The notes below the pieces were generated by a model. That model searched no databases and was not told the DNA's origin. It saw only the letters and a list, made by a program, of their open reading frames with translations. Position numbers and translations under genes: made by a program. Source: an uncultured Alphaproteobacteria bacterium (GTDB taxonomy: Bacteria > Pseudomonadota > Alphaproteobacteria > HIMB59 > GCA-002718135). From it: DNA of 64,000 nucleotides. The first letter of the stretch is position 1; the number at the start of each line of letters is the position of its first letter. This document shows positions 16,274 through 26,053 of the stretch, in pieces. The stretch spans positions 16,890 through 80,889 of the forward strand of contig CABXSY010000004.1 in the NCBI GenBank assembly GCA_902514875.1, read 5' to 3'.

Positions 16274-17784
16274 TTTCTTATAATTTTTTTATCAGATAAA
16301 ATACCTTTTATAACAATTTGTTTTGTTGGTTTAGTTTTATTATTATCAACAATTATACTATCTTCTACAATTAATTCCATATCACTTTTAAAAAGCCAAA
16401 TATTATTTAAACTTGTTTTTAAAATTATATTTTTTTTACTATTTGTAAAATTAAACACCATTCCTTCTGCTAAGTGAAACCTAATATGGTAAACTAATCT
16501 ATTAGCTGTATTTTTATAAGAAATAAGACTGTCCTCACCTTCTAATTTATCAAAATCTTTATTTATGATTAATTTTCTTTTAATTACTTTATTAAATTTG
16601 TTTAAATATCCATTGTGTGAACCTTCAAATATTTCTTCACTTGTGTTACTTTCTCTTCTAAAGACTACTGATTGAGGAAACTTTATGTGAGGGTTACCCT
16701 CCTTTATCTCACTTATATTTGTATTTTGTAAAATAATAGTAGAATGAGCTGCACTATATCTTAGGTATTCAGGATTTTTACCAAAATTTTCAGATGCACC
16801 ACAATTCGTAAATATTTTTTCACCAAAACCACTTAATTCTAAGGATAAAGTACCTGCACTTAGATTAGAACTTACCATATCTTTATTTGGTTGAACTACA
16901 TCAAAAAAAACCTTTTTATTTTTATCAGCATAAAACGCAATACCATTATCTACATTCGCAAATATTCTTTTTTTTAAAAACTTTTCCTTATTTAAAGAGT
17001 TATAAATTTCTTTTGTATAAATATTATTAGAGCCATTAAACAAAGGAATGGATCCATCTTTATGAAAATATTCATTTAAAACAGAAGTCATCTTCAATAT
17101 TAATGCATCAAAAATGTTTGCTTCTTTATATTGATAAAAAAGAAAGATATTTTTAATTTCAATTAAGTTATTTATAAATTTTGAATGCTCCAGCACATTA
17201 TAACTTTTATGCATTCCCAACTTATCAACTTGATTTACACAAATAAATTTTGCATATTCTATATTTTTATTATTTATTCTTTTGGTTATGAAACATGATA
17301 ATAAATATGCAACAATATCAAACGAAGTTATTTGAGTAATTTTTTTGTTATTAAAATCAAATAAAACTCTTCGAATATGAAAATAAATTATTGAGTCTAG
17401 TTTTTTTTTATCTTTTAGACTGGATGATGAATTTATATATTCATAATTATATAAAAGATTAATAAGTCTTTTTGACTGTAAATCCTCTATCCATGGAAAA
17501 ACCAATTTATTCTTATTAATTTGAAACCATCCGAAAATAGATTCTTTTGATAAATTTATACCAATTTTACCTCCCAACTTATTTGAAAAGTTCAAAAAAT
17601 CAAAGTTATGTATATTTTTATTATTATTCTTGTAAAAATTATTTTTGAAAATATATGACTTAACTTGATCATAATTTGTGTAATCAATTTTTCTAAAATT
17701 CAAATCATTATATGACAAATTTTTATTTGACTTAAATTTGAAAATTATAAAAACAAAAATTAATTTTTTAATTAATAAAATCAT
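16252..17784 (-). CDS. Heparinase II/III-like family protein (conserved alphaproteobacterial rsmB-X-purH neighbour)
   Basis: C-terminal segment ..AGTLSLELSGFGEKIFTNCGAS..YSAAHSTIIL resembles the Hepar_II_III domain. Supported by synteny. Confidence 0.6.
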   Translation of the reverse strand: MILLIKKLIFVFIIFKFKSNKNLSYNDLNFRKIDYTNYDQVKSYIFKNNFYKNNNKNIHNFDFLNFSNKLGGKIGINLSKESIFGWFQINKNKLVFPWIEDLQSKRLINLLYNYEYINSSSSLKDKKKLDSIIYFHIRRVLFDFNNKKITQITSFDIVAYLLSCFITKRINNKNIEYAKFICVNQVDKLGMHKSYNVLEHSKFINNLIEIKNIFLFYQYKEANIFDALILKMTSVLNEYFHKDGSIPLFNGSNNIYTKEIYNSLNKEKFLKKRIFANVDNGIAFYADKNKKVFFDVVQPNKDMVSSNLSAGTLSLELSGFGEKIFTNCGASENFGKNPEYLRYSAAHSTIILQNTNISEIKEGNPHIKFPQSVVFRRESNTSEEIFEGSHNGYLNKFNKVIKRKLIINKDFDKLEGEDSLISYKNTANRLVYHIRFHLAEGMVFNFTNSKKNIILKTSLNNIWLFKSDMELIVEDSIIVDNNKTKPTKQIVIKGILSDKKIIRKWSLQKI

Positions 17785-19052
17785 TTTATTTTTTTAAGAT
17801 ATGCAGCAAAGTATCCATCTATATTATTATTTAATATTCTATCTGGGATTGTGATCATCAGATTCTTTTTTACAAATTTTGAAAAATTGTAATTTTCTTC
17901 TGTTAATATAAAATTTTCAACTAAAAAATTATCATTTTTTTTAAGGAACTCATTAATCTGATCAAAAGTCTCATTTTCTATAAATGAACAAGTCATATAA
18001 AGTATATTTCCACCTACATTTAATAAAAGAGCAGCTTTCTCTAACATATTTTGTTGTAGATTATTAAGTCCATCAAAATCAGGAATTTTACTTTTAAAAA
18101 ATATTTCAGGATTTTTCCTTATTGTTCCAATAGCTGAACAAGGAGCATCAATTATAATGAAATCAAACTTTTCATTTTTATCAAATTTTATAAAATCTTT
18201 ATTTAATACTTTTGGATTAAATTTAAGACGATTTAAATTAGACTTAAGAGTTTGTATTCTTCTTTTGCTTCTATCATTAAGTGTAACTTTTAAGTTTTTT
18301 GACAGGAGCTGGAATGCTTTCCCCCCAGGTGCAGCACAAGCATCCAATAACTTTAAGTCTTGATTTCTAAATTCAATATTATTTATTGGAAAGAACGAAG
18401 AAAAATCTTGTACCCACCAATCACCTCTTATAAATGATTTTTTACCTTCTATTTCCTTCTTATCTATTAAAAAACCTGATGTACTACTCGTTTTAATTAA
18501 ACCCTCATCAAATTTATTTAATTTCTCCTTATTTTTAAAAACTATATGAACATCTGGTTCTTTATAAAAATTTTCAAGAAATTGTTTTTTTTCATGTATT
18601 GTTAAAGAGGTCGTCCTTTTTCTAAACCATAGAGGCAAATCATTATAACTAATTTTAATATTTTTTAATTTTTTTTTATTTTTAGCTATCGCCTTTAAGC
18701 TAGCATTTATAAGTGCCGGATAGAGTTTTAGTTTTTTTGAAATTTCAACTGAACAGTTTATAACAGCATATTCTTTAAAATTTAAAAATACAATTTGAGT
18801 GATAGCACTGATTAATAAAATTTTCTCATGATCTCTTAATTTTTTCTTTATATATTTTTTCAATATTTCTAAGCTATGTATATGAAGCCTCATTGAGCTT
18901 AAGGTTACATTAAATATGAAAGAAACATCTTCTTTTTTATGTTTATCAATTATTTTTTTTATAGATGTATTTTCTAATGTATTATTAAATTTATAGATCG
19001 AAAATAAAATATTATGAATATCAAATCTTACTTTTTCACCTTTAATCATCAT
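17781..19052 (-). CDS. rsmB: 16S rRNA (cytosine-C5)-methyltransferase RsmB/Sun
   Basis: LDACAAPGGKAFQL SAM motif and IIIDAPCSAIGTIRKNPE catalytic Cys motif. NusB-like N-terminal domain. Confidence 0.88.
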   Translation of the reverse strand: MMIKGEKVRFDIHNILFSIYKFNNTLENTSIKKIIDKHKKEDVSFIFNVTLSSMRLHIHSLEILKKYIKKKLRDHEKILLISAITQIVFLNFKEYAVINCSVEISKKLKLYPALINASLKAIAKNKKKLKNIKISYNDLPLWFRKRTTSLTIHEKKQFLENFYKEPDVHIVFKNKEKLNKFDEGLIKTSSTSGFLIDKKEIEGKKSFIRGDWWVQDFSSFFPINNIEFRNQDLKLLDACAAPGGKAFQLLSKNLKVTLNDRSKRRIQTLKSNLNRLKFNPKVLNKDFIKFDKNEKFDFIIIDAPCSAIGTIRKNPEIFFKSKIPDFDGLNNLQQNMLEKAALLLNVGGNILYMTCSFIENETFDQINEFLKKNDNFLVENFILTEENYNFSKFVKKNLMITIPDRILNNNIDGYFAAYLKKIK

Positions 19053-19119
19053 TTTTAATAATCTATTATTTATTGAAATTAATTATATAATAAATATCAA
19101 AAATAAAATATATTGAGTT

Positions 19120-19671
19120 ATGCGAGGTCATCTTGAAACAATTGTTGGCGCAATGTTTGCTGGTAAAACAAGTGAATTATTAAAAAGAATACTTTGGGCT
19201 AAACATCAAAATAAAAAAATTACAGTAATCAAACCTAGTTTAGATGACAGATATTCAAATGAAAAAATCATTACTCATAATGATTTGAGTCATGAATGCT
19301 ATGCTATGAATGATTGGCCCACGACTTTAAAAAAATTTACTTTTGAAAAAAATGAAGTTGATATGGTATTCTTAGATGAAATTCAGTTTATGGATACAAA
19401 ACATACTTTAGATAATGTTGAAATTATTTTGAGTAAAGGAATAGATGTTGTTTGTGCGGGCCTAGATCAAGACTCAAGAGGAAAGCCTTGGGAAACATCC
19501 TCAATGCTTCTAGGCCTATCTGATAAAATTGTAAAAATTTATGGTTTTTGCAATGTTTGTGGTCTTGAGGCAACAAAAACGTATAGAAAAACAGAGGGCG
19601 GTGAGAGAACTCAAGTAGGAGCTGCAAATATTTATGAACCCAGGTGCCTGAAACATTGGGAGCCAAGATAG
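19120..19671 (+). CDS. tdk: Thymidine kinase
   Basis: GAMFAGKTSELL P-loop, FLDEIQF, C-terminal Cys pairs CNVCG...CLKH. Confidence 0.9.
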   Translation: MRGHLETIVGAMFAGKTSELLKRILWAKHQNKKITVIKPSLDDRYSNEKIITHNDLSHECYAMNDWPTTLKKFTFEKNEVDMVFLDEIQFMDTKHTLDNVEIILSKGIDVVCAGLDQDSRGKPWETSSMLLGLSDKIVKIYGFCNVCGLEATKTYRKTEGGERTQVGAANIYEPRCLKHWEPR

Positions 19672-19678
19672 TTTGTTT

Positions 19679-21601
19679 TTATTTATTTTGTCTGTTTTTT
19701 ATTAAATTATCTACAACAGATGGATCTGCTAATGTTGAAGTGTCTCCTAAATTTTCAAAATCATTTGAGGCAATTTTTCTTAAAATTCGTCTCATAATTT
19801 TTCCAGATCTTGTCTTTGGCAGTCCAGCGGTAATATGTATAAAGTCTGGTGTAGCAATAGGACCAATTTTTTCTCTAATAGTTTTTTTCAAATCCAATGC
19901 TAAATCATCAGAAGAATCAACACCAACTTTGAGAGATACATAACAATATAAACCATTGCCTTTAACGTCATGAGGATACCCCACTACTGCAGCTTCAGAA
20001 ACATCCTTATGAGATACAAAAGCACTTTCTATTTCAGCAGTACCTAAATTATGCCCAGATACAATTATTACATCATCTACTCTGCCTGTTATCCAATAAT
20101 ATCCATCTTTATCTCTCTTACATCCATCACCTGTAAAATATTTACCGTCAAATTGTGAAAAATAAGTATCAATAAATCTTTTATGATCTCCATAAACAGT
20201 TCTCATTTGACCTGGCCATGATCGTTTCATACATAACATACCTTCACATTCACCTTCTATTTCATTTCCTTCTTTATCAACTATGCAAGGTTCAATACCA
20301 AAAAAAGGTTTTGAAGCAGAACCAGGTTTTAATTTTATAGCACCAGTTTGAGGAGAAATTAAAATTCCCCCTGTTTCTGTTTGCCACCAAGTATCAACAA
20401 TTGGACATTTTGAATTACCTGGTACTTCATAGTACCACTTCCAAGCTTCTGGATTTATTGGTTCACCAACTGTACCTAAAAGTTTTAATGATGATCTGTT
20501 AGTTTCTGTTACAAAACTATCACCTTCTCTCATTAAAGCTCTAATAGCAGTAGGAGCTGTGTAAAATATATTTACTTCATGTTTATCAACTATTTGCCAA
20601 AATCTAGAGAAGTCAGGGTAATTAGGAACACCTTCAAACATTAAAGTTGTAGCACCATTAGCAAGCGGGCCATAAATTATATAACTGTGACCAGTAATCC
20701 AACCTATGTCTGCAGTGCACCAGTATATATCTCCATCATTGTAATTAAAGATATATTCATGTGTCATTGAAGCATAAACTATATAACCACCCGTTGTATG
20801 CATTACGCCTTTAGGCTTACCAGTTGACCCAGAGGTATATAAAATGAATAAAGGATCCTCAGCGCTTAAGACTTCTGGTTCACAAAAACTATCAACATCT
20901 TTTAAAATATCATCATAAAAGATATCTCTATCTTCCTTAAGCTCAATCTCCTTATTTGTTCTTCTAATAACTAAACATTTTTTAACATCCGGACATGTTT
21001 CTAGCGCCTTATCTGTAGTTAATTTCAAAGGAATAGTTTTTCCACCTCTAACTCCTTCATCTGCTGTTACTACATATTCTGATTTACAATCTTTTATTCT
21101 ACCTGCTATCGACTCTGCAGAAAAGCCTCCAAATATTATTGAGTGAACCGCTCCAATTCTTGCGCAGGCTAACATAATGTAGGCCAACTCAGGTATCATT
21201 GTTAAGTATATTGTTACTCGATCACCTTTTTTTACTCCAATATTTTTTAGTACATTTGCTGCTTTTGATACATTTATTAGAAGGTCTCCGTAGGTTATTT
21301 TCTTTGTTTCATTTGGATCGTCACCTTCCCAAATTATAGCAACTTTATCAGGATTATTTTCAGCATGCCTATCTATACAATTATAAGATACATTAAGATT
21401 ACCGTCTTCAAACCATTTAATACTAACATCATCTTTAGAATATTTTATATCTTTTGTTTTTGTAAATTTTTTAATCCAATCGACTCTTTGTGCTTGATCT
21501 GCCCAAAATTTATCATTGTTTTGAAGAGAATTATCATACATTGAAGAATATTTATCTTCATTAATCTTTGCATGTTCAAGCCATTCTTTTTTAATTTCCA
21601 T
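19679..21601 (-). CDS. acs: Acetyl-CoA synthetase
   Basis: 640 aa, [14 protein letters not shown]-binding motif, full-length Acs-like architecture. Confidence 0.95.
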   Translation of the reverse strand: MEIKKEWLEHAKINEDKYSSMYDNSLQNNDKFWADQAQRVDWIKKFTKTKDIKYSKDDVSIKWFEDGNLNVSYNCIDRHAENNPDKVAIIWEGDDPNETKKITYGDLLINVSKAANVLKNIGVKKGDRVTIYLTMIPELAYIMLACARIGAVHSIIFGGFSAESIAGRIKDCKSEYVVTADEGVRGGKTIPLKLTTDKALETCPDVKKCLVIRRTNKEIELKEDRDIFYDDILKDVDSFCEPEVLSAEDPLFILYTSGSTGKPKGVMHTTGGYIVYASMTHEYIFNYNDGDIYWCTADIGWITGHSYIIYGPLANGATTLMFEGVPNYPDFSRFWQIVDKHEVNIFYTAPTAIRALMREGDSFVTETNRSSLKLLGTVGEPINPEAWKWYYEVPGNSKCPIVDTWWQTETGGILISPQTGAIKLKPGSASKPFFGIEPCIVDKEGNEIEGECEGMLCMKRSWPGQMRTVYGDHKRFIDTYFSQFDGKYFTGDGCKRDKDGYYWITGRVDDVIIVSGHNLGTAEIESAFVSHKDVSEAAVVGYPHDVKGNGLYCYVSLKVGVDSSDDLALDLKKTIREKIGPIATPDFIHITAGLPKTRSGKIMRRILRKIASNDFENLGDTSTLADPSVVDNLIKNRQNK

Positions 21602-21656
21602 AATATGAGAGTAATTCTAATTTATTTAAATATCAACAAGTAATTATTTTTTTAAG

Positions 21657-22061
21657 CTAATTTGACATCTTAATTATTATTTCCCATTCAGTTTTTTTTA
21701 AAGGCATTACAGAGAGTCTACTTTGTTTAATAAGTGCAATATCTTTTAATTTACTGTTTTCTTTTATCTGATTAAGAGAAACTGAGTTTTTTAGTTTTTT
21801 TGTTGCCTTAACATCAACTACAACAAAACGGCCTGTTTTATCCGTAGGATCTGGATAATATTCTTTTACTACTTTAACAATACCAACAATACTTCTTTCA
21901 GTAACTGAATGATAAAAAAAACATAGATCATTTTTTTTCATCTCTTTCAAATTATTTCTAGCTTGATAATTTCGGACTCCATCCCACATGGATGCACCTT
22001 CCTTGACTTGGTTATCCCAAGACCATGCATCAGGTTCAGATTTCAATAACCAGTATTTCAT
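21657..22061 (-). CDS. EVE (PUA-like) domain protein
   Basis: MKYWLLKSEPDAWSWD N-terminus, ~134 aa stand-alone EVE architecture. Confidence 0.8.
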   Translation of the reverse strand: MKYWLLKSEPDAWSWDNQVKEGASMWDGVRNYQARNNLKEMKKNDLCFFYHSVTERSIVGIVKVVKEYYPDPTDKTGRFVVVDVKATKKLKNSVSLNQIKENSKLKDIALIKQSRLSVMPLKKTEWEIIIKMSN

Positions 22062-22101
22062 TTTAATATTTATTTAGTTTAAATTATTTACAAAATTACA
22101 T

Positions 22102-23112
22102 TTATAATACACTTCTTACTCCTAATCTAGGCATTGGTTTAAAAAATAAATCATTTCTATCTTTTTTATAAAATTTCATACATGCCCATGCAATCATAGC
22201 AGCATTATCAATCATCATGTCCTTTAATGGATAGTATATCTCAATATTTTTATTAATAAAAAAATTTTCTAATTTTTTTTTTATATACTTATTATTAGAT
22301 ACACCGCCTACAACTGAAAGTGATTTAACATTTATTTTATATAATTTTAATCTTTCTAATCCTCTTTCAAGTTTTTCTATTAGTAGATCTGAAATATTTT
22401 TTTGAAAAGATGCTGATAAATCTTGAATAAACTTTTTATCAACTTTATTTTTTTTTGTTAAAAGATTTATATGTGTTTTAATCCCTGAAAAAGAAAAGTT
22501 GAAATTTTTTTCTTTTACTAGAGGTTTTGGTAAAATAAATCTATTTTCATCTCCTCTCACTGCCTCTCTTTCAATCTCAGCACCACCCGGATATGATAGT
22601 CCTATTAATTTTGCAGTTTTATCAAAAGCTTCTCCAATTGCATCATCAACGCTCTGCCCTAATAGTTCAATATTTCGCTCATCCTTCATAAGGTATACTT
22701 GAGTATGTCCCCCTGTTAAAAGTAAGACCACACTTGGGAATTTAATATCATTATTAAAACTTGTAGAAAGGATATGGCCTTCAAGATGATTGATTGGAAC
22801 GAATGGTTTTTTAAAAGAAATCGCTAAAGATTTTGTGAAAGTTGATCCAACCAATAAACTTCCTATAAGCCCTGGTCCACAAGTAGCTGAAAATACATCT
22901 ATTTCATTTGGATCTATATTTTTTCTAGAAAATAATTCGTTAGTCATAATTTGAATTTTTTCTAAATGTGACCTGGAAGCTAACTCTGGAACAACACCTC
23001 CATGTATTCTATGAATTTCCTGAGAAAAAGTAATATGTTCTACAATAGAGCTGTTTTCCATTAAACATATTGATGTTTCGTCGCACGAAGTTTCTGCAGC
23101 AAATACAAGCAT
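22102..23112 (-). CDS. tsaD: tRNA N6-adenosine threonylcarbamoyltransferase TsaD (ORF opens at 23151; ATG at 23112 gives the canonical N-terminus)
   Basis: MLVFAAETSCDETS, INHLEGH, GGVSNN motifs. Confidence 0.92.
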   Translation of the reverse strand: MLVFAAETSCDETSICLMENSSIVEHITFSQEIHRIHGGVVPELASRSHLEKIQIMTNELFSRKNIDPNEIDVFSATCGPGLIGSLLVGSTFTKSLAISFKKPFVPINHLEGHILSTSFNNDIKFPSVVLLLTGGHTQVYLMKDERNIELLGQSVDDAIGEAFDKTAKLIGLSYPGGAEIEREAVRGDENRFILPKPLVKEKNFNFSFSGIKTHINLLTKKNKVDKKFIQDLSASFQKNISDLLIEKLERGLERLKLYKINVKSLSVVGGVSNNKYIKKKLENFFINKNIEIYYPLKDMMIDNAAMIAWACMKFYKKDRNDLFFKPMPRLGVRSVL

Positions 23113-23174
23113 ATTTTTTTTGGTATAGTATTTTACACTGTTAAACAACAAACTAATAATGCTAAAAAAAGGGC

Positions 23175-24056
23175 ATGAAAAAAGTTTTTAATAGTTTTTA
23201 TGTTTTTTCTAAATTTTCTTTAAGTTTTATTCTTTTATTATGTGTTTTTTTCTTAATTTATCTTCTCTATACTAATTATCAAAATGAAAATGAAGTTTCA
23301 AAACTTCAGATTGAACTAGAAAATGAACTTAGGGAAAGTATTAATGAAAATTCTAAATTTATAAAAAATATATCTAAAGAAATATTAGAAACAAAAACAG
23401 CTTTAATAAAAATAGAAAAACTTATTAAAGAAAACTCAAATAAAGAATCAAAAGTTGATTTGATGTCAATCAATGAAAGTATAGAATTATTGAACAAGAA
23501 TTTCAACTCTCTAAGTTATGAGATTTCCTCTATAAAAAATAAAAATATTGAAGATCAGTCTAATAATAATCCTAAACTAGTAAATCAATCTATCAATGAA
23601 GTAGTTGAGTTGATAAAAATTAAATATGAAAACAACATGGATTTTGACAGGGAGCTCAATTACCTTGAAACAATTTTAAAAAATAATAAAAACCCTATTT
23701 TGGAAAAATTATCAATTCTAAAAAGAAATAAATACAAAGGTCATTCATTTTTAGAAGATCAATTTAATGAAGAAGTTAATTTATATTTGAAGAATATTAT
23801 TAATAATAATAGTTTATTTAATAAAATTTTTTTACCTTATATAAATCTTTCTCCATCTTCAGAAAATATTATTTTAGATGAAAAAATTTTAATATTAGAG
23901 CAAACTAAATTTTTTATAAAAAATAGAAATATAACTAAAGCTTATAACACTATAAGTAAGATAGAAAATTATAATGTTTTTTTTAAAGTATCGTTAAATG
24001 AAATGAAAAACTATAATACTTTTATAACAGAAATATCAAAATTAAATAATGTATAG
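23175..24056 (+). CDS. Membrane-anchored coiled-coil protein (HemX/Mic60-like position upstream of the hemY-like gene)
   Basis: One N-terminal TM (FILLLCVFFLIYLLY) followed by long helical E/K/N-rich sequence. Call rests on synteny only. Confidence 0.45.
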   Translation: MKKVFNSFYVFSKFSLSFILLLCVFFLIYLLYTNYQNENEVSKLQIELENELRESINENSKFIKNISKEILETKTALIKIEKLIKENSNKESKVDLMSINESIELLNKNFNSLSYEISSIKNKNIEDQSNNNPKLVNQSINEVVELIKIKYENNMDFDRELNYLETILKNNKNPILEKLSILKRNKYKGHSFLEDQFNEEVNLYLKNIINNNSLFNKIFLPYINLSPSSENIILDEKILILEQTKFFIKNRNITKAYNTISKIENYNVFFKVSLNEMKNYNTFITEISKLNNV

Positions 24057-25350
24057 ATTATCAATTTTTGTATTGCAGTTTCTGATATTAATCATAACAC
24101 TCACTTTTATTTTTACCAATCCATTTATTATATCCTTAGATATAGGGAATTATAAATATTCTTTTTCTTCAAATTTACTTTCTGTTGTTTTTATATCTTT
24201 TATTTTTCTATTATATTTGTTGTTTTATTTATTTTTCCAATCAAGACTTTCACTTGGTAAATATTTCTTAAAAAATAAATATAATAAAATTGAAAAAGGT
24301 TACTTACACTTTGTCGACGCAATGATAGCTGTTGCTAACAAAGATAATAAGACAGCTCTAAAATCACATAAAAAAATGGTTAGCTATCTCAAAGATGATC
24401 CATCATTATCTCTGTTACTAAAGGCTGAAGTTTTAAGGATTGAAAAAAAATTTCCAGAATTAAACAATGTTTATGAAGATATGATTAAATCAAAAAAAAC
24501 TGAAACACTTGGATATAGAGGTTTAATGGAACAAAATTTAAGAAATCAAGATTATCATCATGCCTTCTTATATGGAGAAAAATTATTTTCAATTAATCCA
24601 AATATTGAAAAACTTTATGATACACTAATATTTATTGCTGCAAAAACAAAAAACTGGAATCAAATAGTCTTATTATCAGATAAAGCTTTTTCAAATAAAA
24701 TTATAAGTAAAAATGATTTGAATGAAAATAAATCAGTAGGATTTTATGAAATAGCTAAAATTAAATATGATAGTGATATTAAGGATTCATTAAAAAATAT
24801 TTTGATAGCATTAAATTTGAAAAAAAATTTTCCTCCATACGTAAAGCTTCATCTAGAAATTATTGCTGGTTTAAATGATAAAAGAAACCTTAAAAAATTA
24901 ATTAAGAAATATTGGAGTTTAAATTCAAGTTCTCTGCTTCGTTCATTCATAATAAAAATACTTAATGATAATGATCTTACCGAGTTAAAATTTATAAATG
25001 AAATAATTAGCAATAATGCTAGCGAAGAAGAGTCCAAAAAACTTTTAATTTATTTTGCTATAAAAAATTCAAACTGGGATGTTGCTAGAAAAAATATATC
25101 AGGTATGATCGGAGTTAATCCATCAAAAGAAATTTGTTATTTTATGTCAGATATAGAACTTGGAGAAAATAATGATAAACAGAAAAGTGATGCTTGGATT
25201 ATGAGAGCTGAAAATGCTAGTATAGAAAATACTTGGATGTGTAGAATTTCTAATCAAACTCAAGATGAATGGAGCGCTTTATCTAATTCTGGAAATTATA
25301 ATTCTCTTGTTTGGACAACTCATAAAATGCTAAGACAAAATAATAATTAA
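24049..25350 (+). CDS. HemY-like TPR membrane protein (heme-biosynthesis-associated, HemY_N type)
   Basis: Two N-terminal TM helices, TPR-like body, C-terminal W.C.....W..LS motif as in alphaproteobacterial HemY-like proteins. Confidence 0.7.
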   Translation: MYRLSIFVLQFLILIITLTFIFTNPFIISLDIGNYKYSFSSNLLSVVFISFIFLLYLLFYLFFQSRLSLGKYFLKNKYNKIEKGYLHFVDAMIAVANKDNKTALKSHKKMVSYLKDDPSLSLLLKAEVLRIEKKFPELNNVYEDMIKSKKTETLGYRGLMEQNLRNQDYHHAFLYGEKLFSINPNIEKLYDTLIFIAAKTKNWNQIVLLSDKAFSNKIISKNDLNENKSVGFYEIAKIKYDSDIKDSLKNILIALNLKKNFPPYVKLHLEIIAGLNDKRNLKKLIKKYWSLNSSSLLRSFIIKILNDNDLTELKFINEIISNNASEEESKKLLIYFAIKNSNWDVARKNISGMIGVNPSKEICYFMSDIELGENNDKQKSDAWIMRAENASIENTWMCRISNQTQDEWSALSNSGNYNSLVWTTHKMLRQNNN

Positions 25351-25351
25351 T

Positions 25352-26053
25352 ATGAAACTACATTTCTTTATAGGATATGATTCTAAAGAAGATATTGCTT
25401 ACAGAGTTTGTAAACATTCACTTTTAAAACGCTCTAGTATTGATGTGAGTGTTGTTTCTTTAAAACTAGACGAACTTATAGCTAAAAACTTATATACTAG
25501 AAATGTTGATCCATTAGCTTCTACACAATTCACCTATTCCAGATTTTTAGTACCTAAACTTATGAATTATCAAGGTTGGGCAGTTTTTTGTGATTGTGAT
25601 TTTATTTTCTTAGGAGATGTTTCAAATTTATTAAATAATCTAGACGAATCAAAAGCGGCTTATTGTGTTCAGCATGACTACACACCTAAAGAAAAACATA
25701 AGATGGATGGACAAAAACAAACTATATATCCAAGAAAAAATTGGTCTAGTTTTATTTTATATAATTGTTCTCATCCAAGTACAATGAATCTAACAGTTGA
25801 AAAAGTAAATAATGAAACTGGGGCATATCTTCATCAATTTAAATGGTGCAAAGATGACGAAATTGGTTCACTAGATGAAAGATGGAATTGGTTAGAGGGT
25901 TGGACATCGGGTCACAGTAATAAAAAACCCTATGCTGTACATTATACACGAGGCGGACCTTGGTTTTCTGAATGGCAAGATGTTGAATTTGCAAAAGAGT
26001 GGCTATTGGAAAGAGATGAATATCTTTCTAAAAAATTTAATTCAAATTCCTAA
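25352..26053 (+). CDS. Putative GT-A (GT8-like) nucleotide-sugar glycosyltransferase
   Basis: FTYSRFLVP and VFCDCDFIF (DxD-like) motifs. ~230 aa. Confidence 0.5.
   Translation: MKLHFFIGYDSKEDIAYRVCKHSLLKRSSIDVSVVSLKLDELIAKNLYTRNVDPLASTQFTYSRFLVPKLMNYQGWAVFCDCDFIFLGDVSNLLNNLDESKAAYCVQHDYTPKEKHKMDGQKQTIYPRKNWSSFILYNCSHPSTMNLTVEKVNNETGAYLHQFKWCKDDEIGSLDERWNWLEGWTSGHSNKKPYAVHYTRGGPWFSEWQDVEFAKEWLLERDEYLSKKFNSNS

Noticed and set aside
19644-19943. 99-aa plus-strand ORF overlapping the tdk end and acs
   Set aside because: It is antisense to the well-supported acs gene and has no independent signals.
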